Positions 51,704-64,000 of a DNA stretch of 64,000 nucleotides are shown in pieces. The DNA is from Salpingoeca rosetta (lineage: Eukaryota; Protista; Choanoflagellata). Location: contig JAWQFM010000011.1 in NCBI GenBank assembly GCA_033442325.1, positions 1,380,201 to 1,444,200 on the forward strand, given 5' to 3'. Numbering within the stretch: the stretch's first letter is position 1; the number at the start of each line of letters is the position of its first letter. The translations under genes and the position numbers were made by a program. A model generated the notes under the pieces. It saw nothing but the letters and a program-made list of their open reading frames with translations, was not told where the DNA came from and ran no database searches.

Positions 51704-53502
51704 CCAACCAGTGGGGTGGCCATGGTCTTGGCGATGCGAGCGGGAGTGAACTTTGAGGAGCGGTGCTTGCTCAACTCCGCCCAGTGGTCGCACAACACCC
51801 GCAGCACTTCTGCGTGGCTGTCCAGATGGACGGTGTAACGAGGGGGGACGGACAGGCAACGCACAAGTGCGCACGCAAGTGAGGAGGAGGTAATAATACA
51901 TGGTGAGATGAAGCGCACAGCTCGCACAGACGACAGCAAACACCACAGCACAATACAACACGAGACGAGAGAGCAGACGATAAGAAGACATGAGAAGGCA
52001 GCACAATGCGAGCAGAGGACAAGGCAGCATGAGACAGGAGCACACAGCATCCGAAACAGGCGCACGTACGCGCGAGGCAGGAGGGCATCCAGGGCACCGA
52101 ATAGCGCGGGGGTTATGCTTGGGTTGCGTTCCGCCGACACACCGGCGTCCACCACCAAGTACATGAGCGATGGCACCAGGAGTGGCTGTGGCATGCGCAC
52201 AAGGAACTTGCGAATGGCATCGCTGCACTCCTGTTCTGTGTTGAACACAATTTTCTCAAACCTGCATGGCGCGTGGTGGACCGTGGTGTGGTGCGGACGA
52301 TGAATGACAGGGATATCCAAGCGTGCATGCAGATTGGCGCAAATTGGTGCGAGGAGGGCGTCAGCACATGCTTGCGTGCACATATGCGACAGTGTGCATG
52401 TGCATCGTGTGTGTGCGTGTCGTGTGCGTGTCATGTGTGCATGTGCATCGTGTGTGTATGTGTCGTGTGCTTTGTGTGTGTGTGTGTGTGATGTGTATGT
52501 TGTGTGTGTGTTTACGTTGCTTGCTGACAGTTGCGCACACCTTCCCAACACTCACTTGGCAGTGAACACAGTGACGGAAGGAAAGGCGCCACCATTCTGA
52601 TAGTCTGTGATTTTGAATGAAATGAGGAGATTCGAAATAAGCTGGGCGAGGACCACCAATTAGCACTCCTTTCAACCACTCACAAACAACCCCAACACAA
52701 GCACATTGTCAGGGATACAGCGACGTGAAAGTGCAAGGCAACTGCAAGCGCCAGGCTCTGCTGCTTATGTTCTCACATGTGTTCAGATGCCCCGTGACAA
52801 CCTTGAGCCAGCCAGGGCAGCCGGGGGAATGCCAGCTGAACGCCTCGCCGTACAGCGCCGCTGCTCACAGCACATAAAAGCATGTGTGCGTGCGTTGGTG
52901 TGTTTTGGTGGTCAGGCACGAAGTACGTACAATTAGTGCCATCAATGCACACACGCGCGCACAACAAAATGTCTCTCTTGCTCTCTCTGTCACACACACA
53001 CACACACACAAACAAAACAAAACACACAAACTAACAAACTCAACAACACACACACACAACAACACACACACACACACAACATGGCATCCAATCTACGGAA
53101 CAGGTGCGTAGTCTGTGATTTTGAATGAAATGAGGAGATTCGAAATAAGCTGGGCGAGGACCACCAATTAGCACTCCTTTCAACCACTCACAAACAACCC
53201 CAACACAAGCACATTGTCAGGGATACAGCGACGTGAAAGTGCAAGGCAACTGCAAGCGCCAGGCTCTGCTGCTTATGTTCTCACATGTGTTCAGATGCCC
53301 CGTGACAACCTTGAGCCAGCCAGGGCAGCCGGGGGAATGCCAGCTGAACGCCTCGCCGTACAGCGCCGCTGCTCACAGCACATAAAAGCATGTGTGCGTG
53401 CGTTGGTGTGTTTTGGTGGTCAGGCACGAAGTACGTACAATTAGTGCCATCAATGCACACACGCGCGCACAACAAAATGTCTCTCTTGCTCTCTCTTTCA
53501 CA

Positions 53503-53552
<50 letters not shown>

Positions 53553-55403
53553 AGCACACACCGTGGTCACTTCGAAGAATGGGTTTGTGCGCTTTGGGTT
53601 TGCTTGCCGCGGCTGTGCGCAGCCCCTCGGCGAAGCTTGGATCGGACAAGAGCGCTTTCACAGACCGGCCGCTCATGGCAGCGTACGACTGCAGCGCCAC
53701 CCACTTGAGCGTGTACTCCTCCACCTGTCGATACATGGCAGTGGTGGCAACCATGGTGTGAGGGGATCATCACTCATCATGCATTCGAAATGATGTAGCG
53801 GGCCTTCACCCCGCGACAGAGAGAACAGTTTGCCTCCACATCAGGTGTCAAGTGCACGTTGCCGCGCATAGTGCATACGGGAAGACAAGCTTACTTGCTT
53901 CCACAGCATGACATGTCGACGGCGTGTGGAGCCTCGTGCGGTCGGCACAGCCACTGGATTGTGTGTGTGTGTGTGTGTGTGTGTGGTTGTGTGTGTGTGT
54001 GGGCGTGTGTGTGGTTGTGAATGTGAAGGGGAGTGTGGGCGTGTGTGTGTGGGCGTGTGGCACAAGAGCAGGCACACGCAGACGGGAAGTTGTTCACTTA
54101 ACAGACACCGAAACAGGCACACACACACACACACACACGCACACACACACACACACACACAGAGGTCAAGGGATCACGGCCTCGACTTGACACAAGTACA
54201 CACATGCGGCCGCCACCAACCTGCGGGTCCCATAAAGTTGTTTCGCATGGGCTCGCGCACTGGATCCTGCTTCCCTTCAAACATTCCTTTTGGGAACTCA
54301 CGTGCGGGCGGTGCAACGAAACTGGACATTCCAACGCAAGCGGTGTGGTTCCATTCGTGAATCAAAAGAGGTTATTCCTTATGCGAGAGACAAGAACACA
54401 CCCAATACCAATCTGCGCCATCCCACACTCCCCCTTCCAATTCACAACCCCCCCACACACATACACACACTCACAACCACGATCACACGCACTTGTTGTT
54501 GCCGGTGAAAACTGCACTGGTGCTTGCGGTAAAAGGTTGCTTGGAGTAAGACCCAATATTGGTCGCAGAAGAAGCAGGTGTACCTCCTGTTGCCGCCGCA
54601 GCCGCTGCTGCAGCCATGCGCTTTCGTCGCCTCGCCTTCTCCTTTCTCTTGTTTGTCGGCAGCGTGCCAGTCCTCTTCCTGTCCTTGGCCTTGCGGTCGC
54701 CCAGGCCAAAAGAGAATCCCAGGGAAGGTTTGCTGAAGCCAAACGAGGTCGGTAGCGACATGCCGAGCAGCTTCGTCTTGGACGTCAGCTTTGGCGGTGA
54801 GTCCTCAGCTTTGTGCCGCTTTGCTTTGTTTGCACCACCAGCGTCATTTTCATCGTGTTGTTGTTGCTGCTTGTCGTGGTGATGGCTGTCGTCACCACCA
54901 CCATCAGCATCGTCGTCGTCTCTATGCTTTGTCTTCTGTGCCTGCTGCTTTTGCACGATGCGATAGATGGTTTTGTCCGAGTCCTTGATCGTACGCCCGG
55001 ACCCAAACGGGCTGCTTCGCTGCTGCTGCTGCTGTTGTTGAGCGCTGCCGTTTGCCGACGACGAGGATGAATCCTTGATGACTGCCAACACGCCGTCGTC
55101 CAACAGCTTCCCGCAGAGCTTCTCGACGTTGGGTCGCTGCGCTTGCTGGAATCGCTCCTCCGGCTGCTCGTGCAGGTACTCCAACACGGCGGTGACGAGG
55201 TCGCTGCCGCGGATGCAGTTTTTGTAGAAGCGCCGACCAAACCGCATATCCTTTGTCTCGCATGCATGTACGCGCTCCTCCAGCCCTTCCCACAGCCTCA
55301 GCGCCCGGAACTTGGGTGCCCCGTCATCCTGCTGTTGGTGCTGCTGTTGGTGCTGCTGTTGGTGCTGCTGTTGATGCCGCTGTTGATGCGCGGCTGTGCT
55401 CAT
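49820..55403 (-). CDS. DEPDC1: DEPDC1-like protein (N-terminal DEP domain + RhoGAP-like domain), multi-exon
   Basis: PKFRALRLW...RRFYKNCIRGSDLV...VEKLCGKLLDDGVL is DEPDC1/7-type DEP; later CPGWL, FEKIVF..IRKFLVRMPQPLL and a GAP-like helical region; low-complexity tail. Confidence 0.7.
52601..53497. repeat. Near-identical tandem duplication (period 508 bp; ~52601-52990 and ~53109-53497) containing an 87-nt exon of the DEPDC1-like gene
   Basis: Identical ORFs 52706-52936 and 53214-53444; identical non-microsatellite sequence by eye. Confidence 0.92.
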
Positions 55404-55695
55404 CGTGCTGGTGATCGGTTTCGACGCTCCAACACCACCAACCAGCGAACGAGCAATTCAAATTTTGCGGCTAGGGCAACTGATCCGCCCGTTGAGGAAA
55501 TGCGAGCGTTCTGCAAAGATATTGGCGAAACAGCAAGAGCGCTGCAAGCACAGGCGAAACAAGAAGAAGGGAGAGCACGTCTCTCGCACACGTGAGCGAT
55601 GCCTTTTCCTCCTTCCCCGCACACGTTGACGCCATCTTCCTCACCTCGTGTCTCGACCACCCTCAACTTATTTCGCCTGCACGAGAGACGAGACA

Positions 55696-58600
55696 ATGGA
55701 AGTGTGTGGAGGGCTCCTTGTTGGAGCTCGGTCAGAGATGACCAAGGACGCAAGGTGGGGTTGAACTGGATGTGTGTTTGTGTTTGTGTGTGCGTGTGCG
55801 TTTGTGTGGTTTTTGCTTCGTGTTTTCTTGCTTTGTGTGTGTGTGCGTGTGTGTGTGTGTGTGTGCGTTTGTGTGTGTTTGTGTGCGCGCGTCCATGTGC
55901 TTGCGTGTGTGTGTTTGTGTGTGTGCGTGCTATTGGTGTTTGCACTTTCACGCATGTGTGCATGTGAGTATCATTGTGGTTGGCATGCTGCTCTTGGTGA
56001 TTTGCTCACTGATGCCTACTACGCGCTTGCATTTGTGTCTCGCACCTGCTTTGCTCTTCGTGTTTCGCCCCTTCTTTGCTGGATCAGGTTTGCGTTCGTT
56101 CCATGTGAGAACACAGTGCGTGTGGTGGCGCTGCGCACAAGTGCTACCGTGCGCGTGCTTCAAGGGCACTCGCGTGCCATCACCCAGGTCTCCCTCAACC
56201 CGGCCAACCGCCTCCAGGTGCTTCCACCCTCTTCCTCATCCCGTAACGCATCCATGCGCGTATGGCCTGCGCTGATGTGCGATTGTACACCCTTTGCCAA
56301 CACGCGAGTCTCCTGCCCAAGTTGGAACTGTCTTCACCTCCACCACCACTCATGCTCACTTCACACCTTGCCTCCGTGGTGCTGTGCTGTGTATGACGAC
56401 GCACTAGGTTGTGACGGCTGCAAAAGACAACACCATCAAAGTCTGGGACTATGACGAGGCAGTCTGCCTGAGGGTACGTAGCAACTGCGCTCCTGTGCTT
56501 TTGTTTTGTTGGCGTACTTGTTACAGTGTCGTGCTTGTGTCTGTTCGAGCTTCATTCAATCTACACCACACACGCGCACATGTTCATTGGAGCACACACT
56601 CACTCGCGCTTGAAATGCCTCCCCCTTATGCACATACACACGCGCACGCAACCGTCTGCACCTGCCCCCCTCCCAACACACAAACACACAAACACACACA
56701 CACACACATACACACACACACACACCACAGACCTTCAAGGCCAAGGGGAGCGTGGCTGCTTTCTTCTTTGATGGCCACGATGCTCGCGAGCTGTACTGGG
56801 TGGAGGAGACCCACTTTGGCCGCGCACAGCGGCTGTGCCACATGACCTTGCCTGACTCTGCATCCTCCCTGGATGTCGAGCTGACATGTGAGTGACAATC
56901 ACACACCACACATCACACACCACACATCACTTTGCGTCACTCATCACACTACACAACACACACCACCCCTGCAGCCACTGGGGGTGCTTACATTCACTCT
57001 TTGTCTGCTAGCTGGTGGCCTTTCTCACACCATTGCGGTTTTTCATGTATGTGCGTGTACGTACCTGTGCACTGCTGGGCAGACGATGATGTGATTGTTC
57101 CGGAGGTGCGCCATGCGCGGTCGTGGTGTTATCACCCGCGCACAAAGAGCTTTCTTTACGGCGCTGGCAAGACCCTGCACGTGCACTCGCTCGCCTTTGG
57201 CACTGAGCGTGTCTTCAACACGTCCAACACCATCACCGTCATCGCCACCCATGACGAGACGGACGCTATCGCCACCGGTGACGCCCAGGGCAAAGTCCAC
57301 GTCTGGTCAGTCACCATGCACGGCGAGTGTGCGCGCCGTGTGTGTTGTTGTGTGGTTGTGTGGTTGTGTGGTTGTGTGTGCGTGCTTTGCGTCTGTGCGT
57401 AGTGATTGTGTGTGTGGTTGTGTGTATGTGTGCTTTGCGTCTGTGGTTTGTGATTGTGTGTGTGTGTGATTGTGTGTGCGTGTGTGCGTGAGCACTGCAC
57501 GATGCACCATGAGGTTGTCTCATCCTGGTGCTGATGCTTGTGTACGCGACTTCTTTTGCTGCCTCTATTGCTTGCGTGCGAGCAGGTATGGATGCTTCCG
57601 CGACACAGACAGCCCGCCCGTCACAACTTCGCTTCACTGGCACGCGCACGCCGTGTCTGCCCTGACATTCACCACAGACGGCGCATACCTGCTCTCAGGT
57701 ACACGCATCAGCGGCGTTGACGTGTCTCGCGTGTTCACAGCATTGTCTCGTGGCTCATGCCAGCAATACTGCCTCTGTCTTTGGCGTTCAATACGAATTT
57801 GCACGCGCACTGCATACTTGCAATCTGATCACTATCGCACACACATACACACATGCACACACGACGCAGGTGGTGAAGAGGCTGTTTTCGTAATGTGGCA
57901 GCTGGACACCAACACCAAGCGCTTCCTTCCCCGTCTTGGTGCGAACCTCAACTTCGATGTCACAGAAGAGCACGCATTGGCGCTTGTCCTTGGCATGCAT
58001 GCAGGTGTTTGAGTGCTCGAGCCTTCGTGTTGCACACACCCCCTTACCTGCAACTGCTCTCTGTCTGCCCCCCTCTCTCTCTCTTTTTATTCGTCCCTCC
58101 CCCCTGCGTCTTGTGCGTGTGTACACCGCGCATCCTGTTGCCAGGCGCCCCGATTGCGCACATTGCTGCTGCGCAGAACAGCCAGTTCTATCTGGTGAGC
58201 CTCCACGACAACTCTGTGCTCATCATCAACGCCGCTGCCTTTGCTGTCTCCCACTCCATCATCGGCTGTCGTCAAGGTGCGAACATATTCACGCGTGTGT
58301 GGTTGTAGCTGTGCGTGATTGTGCGTGCTTGGGTGAGTGCCTGCTGCCATTTTGCTTTGGCGTGTGGTTCTCTACCTGACGCGCGGTGGGCTCTGTGCTT
58401 ATCTCACGCCTTCTCACACCACCACCACCACCACCACCACCATCGCCGCCACCACCACCACCACCACCACCATCGCCGCCACCACCACCACCACCACGTC
58501 CCAATCTGATCTGCATGATCCAGCGCCCGTGCACGCGCATCAGAAGCACACGGTTGGCCTCGTGCGGGAGCCGCAGTCCGGGTGTGTCCTCACCAACGGC

Positions 58601-61600
58601 AAGCAGGGCATGCTGCAGCTCTACGACATTGAGCGCGATGCCCACGTGCGCGACGTGGATGTTGTTGGCCGCCAATTTGTTTCCCGCACATTTCGCCGCC
58701 ACATCTCGCCCACCTCCGTCCTCCACGCAGCATACGCCGCGGTACGCGCGCACACACACACACACATGTATGCCACTGGGCATTGCTCTTCTTGCGTCAT
58801 GCAGCTTTGACTTTGTTTACATGTTCTTTGCTGCGCACCACACATACGCATTGTATTTGTACCTGTCTGCGTGCGACTTACCTCTTGTTGTTTTCCTCTT
58901 GCTTTTGGTGTGTGTGTGCGTGTGTGTGTGTGTGCGCGCGCGCAGGGCGGGTCAACGCTGGCGACGGTGGAGTACCGCCGGGACGCGTTTGCAGACGGCG
59001 ACCTTCGCCTCAAGTTCTGGACGCGCAAGGACTCTGGCTTCAAGTACGCCATGAACACGCTCGTGGAGCCGCCCCACACGGCGGCCGTCACGGGGCTTCT
59101 GGCCCATCCGACCAAGCGCCTGTTTGTCACCACGTCCAAGGATGGCACCATCAAGCTGTGGGCGTTTACGGAGCAGGGCGGTACGAGTCAAGGGGGAGAC
59201 GAGGGTGCGTGACAAGGAGGCTGCAGCGACGTTCAGCGTTGTGGCTGTGGCTGATGTCGTTGATGCTCTGCGTGTGTGAAGTATGGCGGAAGAGCAGGGT
59301 TTTGTAGGCCGGTACCAGTTCACGTTTCATGCAACTCACACACATACACACACATACACACACGTGTCCATACATACACACGTCCACACACATTTATTTT
59401 CTATGTTCTCAGATCCCGAGGACAGCCGGCGGCCTTCGCCCCACTGGTACTGCCAGGCTGTTGGCGACTACAACCAGCTCCCCTGCACCGCAGCCGCCAT
59501 GTCTGCTGATGGCTCGCACTTTGTCGTTGCGTGCAAGAACTTTCTCACGTTGTGGAGCACGGAGGACATGACGCTGCTGCGCGTGGCCATGCTCTCCACC
59601 CATAAGGTGCTCGTCTCCCACCTTGCCTTTACGGCCGACGGCAAGACAATTGTGCTCGCTGCGCGCCAGCACACGATGCTGTTTGACGTCTCAACGCTGG
59701 GCGTGCTGCACTCGACTGCCCAGCGCACCGCCTTCCTTGCCACCGCGGCCCACACCAGCAGCGCCGCCGCCTCCTCCACCGCCGATGACGCCAGCGATGA
59801 GGGCGACAGCGACAACAGCAGTGGAGAAGTGGAGCACGGTGATGTGTATGCGGTTGTTCACTCGCATGATGATCGTAGCTCGTGGACCGCCTCTGTCTTC
59901 CGCACGAGCAAACCAGACGCGCCGCTTGTCGACATTCCCCTGCGCAGCTGCCCAAAGGCCATCGCCTTCTGGCAGGTGCGTCTGCATGCTGTGTTTGTGT
60001 TTGTGAAGTGCTCGTGCGTTGATTGGGTTGCACACCTTTTCTTTCATTTGTCGTCTTTGCCATGTGCATCTTTTCTCTTGCCTTTCGGCCTGCTCTTGCG
60101 AAACACCCTCTCTTCCCCCTTTTCTCTCCCTTTTCTCTTCCTTTCCGTTTCCGTTTCCTCTACCTTTCGTTCTTGTCCCCCTCCTCCCCCTCCTCCTGCC
60201 CCTCCTGCCCCCTCCTCCTCCTCCTCCTCCTCCTCCTCCACATCCATTTCTCTCGATCCTGTTCGTCCACATTTCTTCTGTCTTCCGCACAATGGCGGTG
60301 CTCTGCCTGTCCCTGTTCCCATGGGCAGTGCATGTTGCGAGTCACTGCAAAGAGCTGTCTGTGCGCACACCAAGGTTTCTGCGGACGATGGTTGTCCTGT
60401 CACACCCCACCTTTACTTGCTGGTGTTGGCAGCAGTACCCATGTCTATCCGTACACCGTTGCCTTCTTTTGTTCCTTTGCATCCACGTGTGCCGCGTTCG
60501 CTACCCCCTTTCGAGGAGAGACGCGCCGGGGGGGGGGGGGTTGTTACACCTTTAGCCGAATCCCTTCCTTCCTTCTTCTCATCCTTCCTTCCTTCACCGC
60601 GAATCAATTTCCCTATCAAGCACAGCAGCACCAGCAACAGCACCCCTCTTCGCGTGTTTCCATGCCCATTTGCCCTCCTTCCAACTCAACGATGCTCACC
60701 CCACCGCATCTGCTGTTGTTCCACCCATTTCCCCACGCATTCTCCACCCATGACGAATGCTGACAGGTGCATGGCGAGCTTCGTCTCGTGGTGTTGGACC
60801 AGCGCCAGCGGTTGTGCCTCTTCCCCCTCGATAGTGCAGGCACCCGCAAGGAACCAACCCGTCTGCAGCCAGACACCAGCAACGTGCGTGTGTGGTTGTG
60901 TGGTGTGTGCATGTAGTGTCAATGTGAGCACACAGTGGCTTGGCGTTGTTCTGTCTGTTGTAACTGCAGGCATGGTGTTTTTGGTGGTCATGTCATGCGT
61001 TTGCCATCCATTTTTAGCTTCCATTTCTCACCCGCAGCTCTCCCATCATCCCATGCCCCATGCATTTACGCCCGCGTGCTTCGCAGGTGCCGCTGTATGG
61101 TGTTGGCAGCGAGGACTTTGACCAGACGCGGCAGGCGTATCAGCGGTTCTTTGGCACAGCAAGTGCTGCTGCCAGGGTTGTCGGCGCCACGTCCTCAGCA
61201 CAGGCGGCGTCAGCCTTGTACGCCGAGCAGCAGCTTGCATCCCGTGCCATGTCCATTGGCAAGACCCCGCTTGAGGAGACGTTTGCTGTCCCCTCGCACC
61301 TGCTGCCCTCCATGCGGCTGCTGTCTGCCCAGTTTCTTGACCTGTCGCTTGCCACAGCGCGCCCGCACGCCACAGCCACGGAGAGCGGCAGCGACACGAC
61401 AAGCAAGATGCCAGTGGACGACAAGGCCGCGCTTGCACAGGAGAAGGCCGACGCGGTTCGCATGCGCTCCCAGGCCACGGGTGCCGACGGCAGCAAGACA
61501 AGCGAGCCCTCCACGCAACGCGATGCCAGCACCAACAGCAGCAGCAGCGGCAGTGGACTCGTGCTTGAGACCCTGCTGCATGCGCCCGTGCACACAAGCA

Positions 61601-62337
61601 CGAGCGCGCCGTCCATCACCGCATCAGACTTTGCGTTTGTGAAGACGCTTGGCGATGTCAGCAACGAGGGCGAGGGCGACAAGACGAGCATTGCAGCCGA
61701 CGACAGCTTTGCGTGGTGCTTCGAAGCGCCATCCAAGCGCTCCGACAAGAAAAAGAAGAAGGACAAGAAGGACAAGAAGAAGAAGGACAAGAAGGACAAG
61801 AAGGATAAGAAGGAGAAGAGTAAGGGTGACACGTCCACTGTGGCGAGGAGACAGCAACCACGCGTTGAGGTGGAAGACTTGGAGACGAAGCAGGGCCAGG
61901 AACCGAACGGCGCTGTTGCGACACCAAAGAAGTTGAACGGTGTGATGATCAACGGAAACGGCAGTCACCACGTGGCTGAAGAGGAGGACGGCGAGGAGCA
62001 CGTGACACCAAAGGCGAAGAAGTCCAAGGTTGAGGACGCTGATGATAGTGAACAGACCAAGGGTGAAGAGGGTCAGGAGGAGATGAACGACTCTCTGGCG
62101 TCGCTGCCCGGGACGCCCGACGGCCCACGTCGCATGCCGACTCGCAACACGCCAAACCCGCGTAAGCAGCGCCGCCGCAAATCCATGCCCGGCGGAGACG
62201 GCCTGGCAAACGGCAACGGCAGCACGAAGGGCACCAGCAAGAAGAGCACGCCTGCGCGTACCAAGGCACCTGGCAAGCGAAGCGGTGCAAAGTCTGTTGG
62301 CGCCACGCCTCTTCGCGCACATGCCAAGCGGGCTTGA
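55696..62337 (+). CDS. WDR75: WD40-repeat SSU processome protein WDR75/UTP17 (NAN1), multi-exon
   Basis: MEVCGG...|[32 protein letters not shown]|[15 protein letters not shown]; [21 protein letters not shown]|[11 protein letters not shown]...FLPRLG; LATVE...LKFW...NTLVEPPH...[13 protein letters not shown]; SHLLPSM; Lys-rich tail. Confidence 0.9.
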
Positions 62338-62367
62338 AGCTTCAGTCTTGGTGTGCGCTCTGCTTTG

Positions 62368-62432
<65 letters not shown>

Positions 62433-62439
62433 GTGTGTG

Positions 62440-62481
<42 letters not shown>

Positions 62482-62584
62482 TACGTGCTTTGTTGGTGGG
62501 TTTTGTGTAACGTTCAATAGACTGAAATCAGACTTTTTCACTGAAATAAGTTTCTCCGCAGTCCACAACGACCACAACAACAAC

Positions 62585-63131
62585 ATGACGCAGAGCGTGG
62601 TGCTGCAGATTGGGCAGTGTGGGAACCAGGTTGGAAGGCAGTTCTGGGAGCGGGCGTTGAAGGAGCATGCGGAGTACAACGAGGATGGGACGTTTGACGA
62701 GAGCCTGAACACTTTCTTTCGCAACGTGGACACGCGCTTCACCCCTGCGCGCGACCTGCCACTGAAACGGGGCGCGCAGATCGCTTCGCTCCGCGCACGC
62801 GCAGTGCTCATCGACATGGAGGAGGGCGTGGTGAACGAGGTCCTCTCAGGCCCACTGGCAGACGTCTTTGACACGCACCAAACGGTCACCAACGTTAGCG
62901 GATCCGGGAACAACTGGGCCGTGGGCTACTTCACATATGGCCAGACACACAAGGAGCAGATCTCCGACACTGTGCGAATCGCAGTGGAGCAGTGTGACTG
63001 CCTGCAATCCTTCATCCTCCTTCACAGCATGGGTGGAGGCACGGGCTCTGGCTTGGGAACTTACGTCCTTGAGCTCTTGCACGATGAATATCCTTCAGTC
63101 TACCGCTTCGTCACCGCCGTCTACCCTTCAA

Positions 63132-63176
<45 letters not shown>

Positions 63177-63666
63177 GGGGAGGGGCGGCATGCAGGCGCA
63201 GGTACACGTGTGCGTGCATGTGTGTTTACAGGTACACGCGCGCTCGCTCGCGTCCTTCCTCTCTTTGTTTCTCTCTGTTTCTATGTTTGTCTGTCTGTCA
63301 GCCTCTCTCATTGCAATGTTGCTCCCGAAGAAATCGACTCACGAGCGCCATTCTGTGCTCTTTGAGAATGACAGGATGACGATGTTATCACATCTCCGTA
63401 CAATAGCGTACTGGCCATGCACCAGCTGCAGCAGCACGCTGACTGCGTCATTCCAGTTGAGAACCAGGCATTACAAGACATTGTTGAAGTCGTCGACCAC
63501 CAAACTAAAGGTACATTTGTGTGTCTGCCTGCCTGCCTGTCTGTGTGTGAGTGTGTGTGTCTGTGTGCCTGCCTGCCTGCCTGCCTGCCTGTCTGTGTGT
63601 CTGTCAATCACAAAAATGCATTCGCACACGAGCAGATACACAGACACAGACACACACACAGACACA

Positions 63667-63706
<40 letters not shown>

Positions 63707-64000
63707 CTCACACAGACACAGACACAGACACAGACACAGACACAGACACACTCACGCCCCCTCCCCCTGACGCGCTATACGCAGGCCGGTTGAAACGCAA
63801 CAGTGCGGTCACTGGACCTGATACGAAGAAATCAAAGCCCTGGGATCGCATGAACAGCATTGTTGCAAACACGCTGTTGAACATGACAAGCAGCTCCCGC
63901 TTTGCTGGGTCCCTTAATGTCGACGTCAACGAGATCACCACCAACCTGGTGCCGTTCCCCGGCATGCACTTCCTCACCTGCAGCCTGAGCCCCCTGTATG
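62585..64000 (+). CDS. TUBE1: Epsilon-tubulin, 5' part (runs off the window end)
   Basis: MTQSVVLQIGQCGNQVG, FFRNVD, LRARAVLIDMEEGVV, SGSGNNWAVG, HSMGGGTGSGLG, DDDVITSPYNSVLAM, ENQAL, SSRFAGSLNVDVNEITTNLVPFP are epsilon-specific motifs. Confidence 0.95.

Noticed and set aside
52601-53497. Direct repeats as LTRs or a transposon
   Set aside because: The repeat unit contains a host exon and introns; there is no TG..CA/TSD pattern or transposase/RT coding.

Overview
Eukaryotic, GC-rich, gene-dense and intron-rich DNA, with (GT)n/(CA)n microsatellites in most introns and two N gaps. The gene content (CYRI, SGK3, DEPDC1, SPATA17, epsilon-tubulin) and intron style suggest a unicellular holozoan, most likely a choanoflagellate such as Salpingoeca (inference). 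Most ORFs in the six-frame track are microsatellite noise, so I rebuilt genes by hand from GT-AG junctions. About 13 protein-coding genes, in order: 3' end of a RhoGAP (+); intronless low-complexity orphan (-); CYRI/FAM49 (+); PX-domain AGC kinase SGK3-like (+); CCCH-finger DEDDh exonuclease with RRM resembling plant SDN small-RNA nucleases (-); TauE/TSUP transporter (+); SPATA17-like IQ protein (+); aldehyde-oxidase-type molybdo-flavoenzyme with an N-terminal CxxC..CxxC extension (-); RAD51D (+); Ser/Arg-rich orphan (+); RPL4 (-); DEPDC1-like DEP-RhoGAP with a duplicated exon (-); WDR75/UTP17 (+); and the 5' part of epsilon-tubulin (+). The best novelty candidates are the SDN-like CCCH-DEDDh-RRM nuclease, the zinc-ribbon-capped aldehyde oxidase, complementary GT...CA intron ends, and a recurrent intergenic ACTGAAATCAG motif. 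All family assignments are from remembered sequences; no searches were run.
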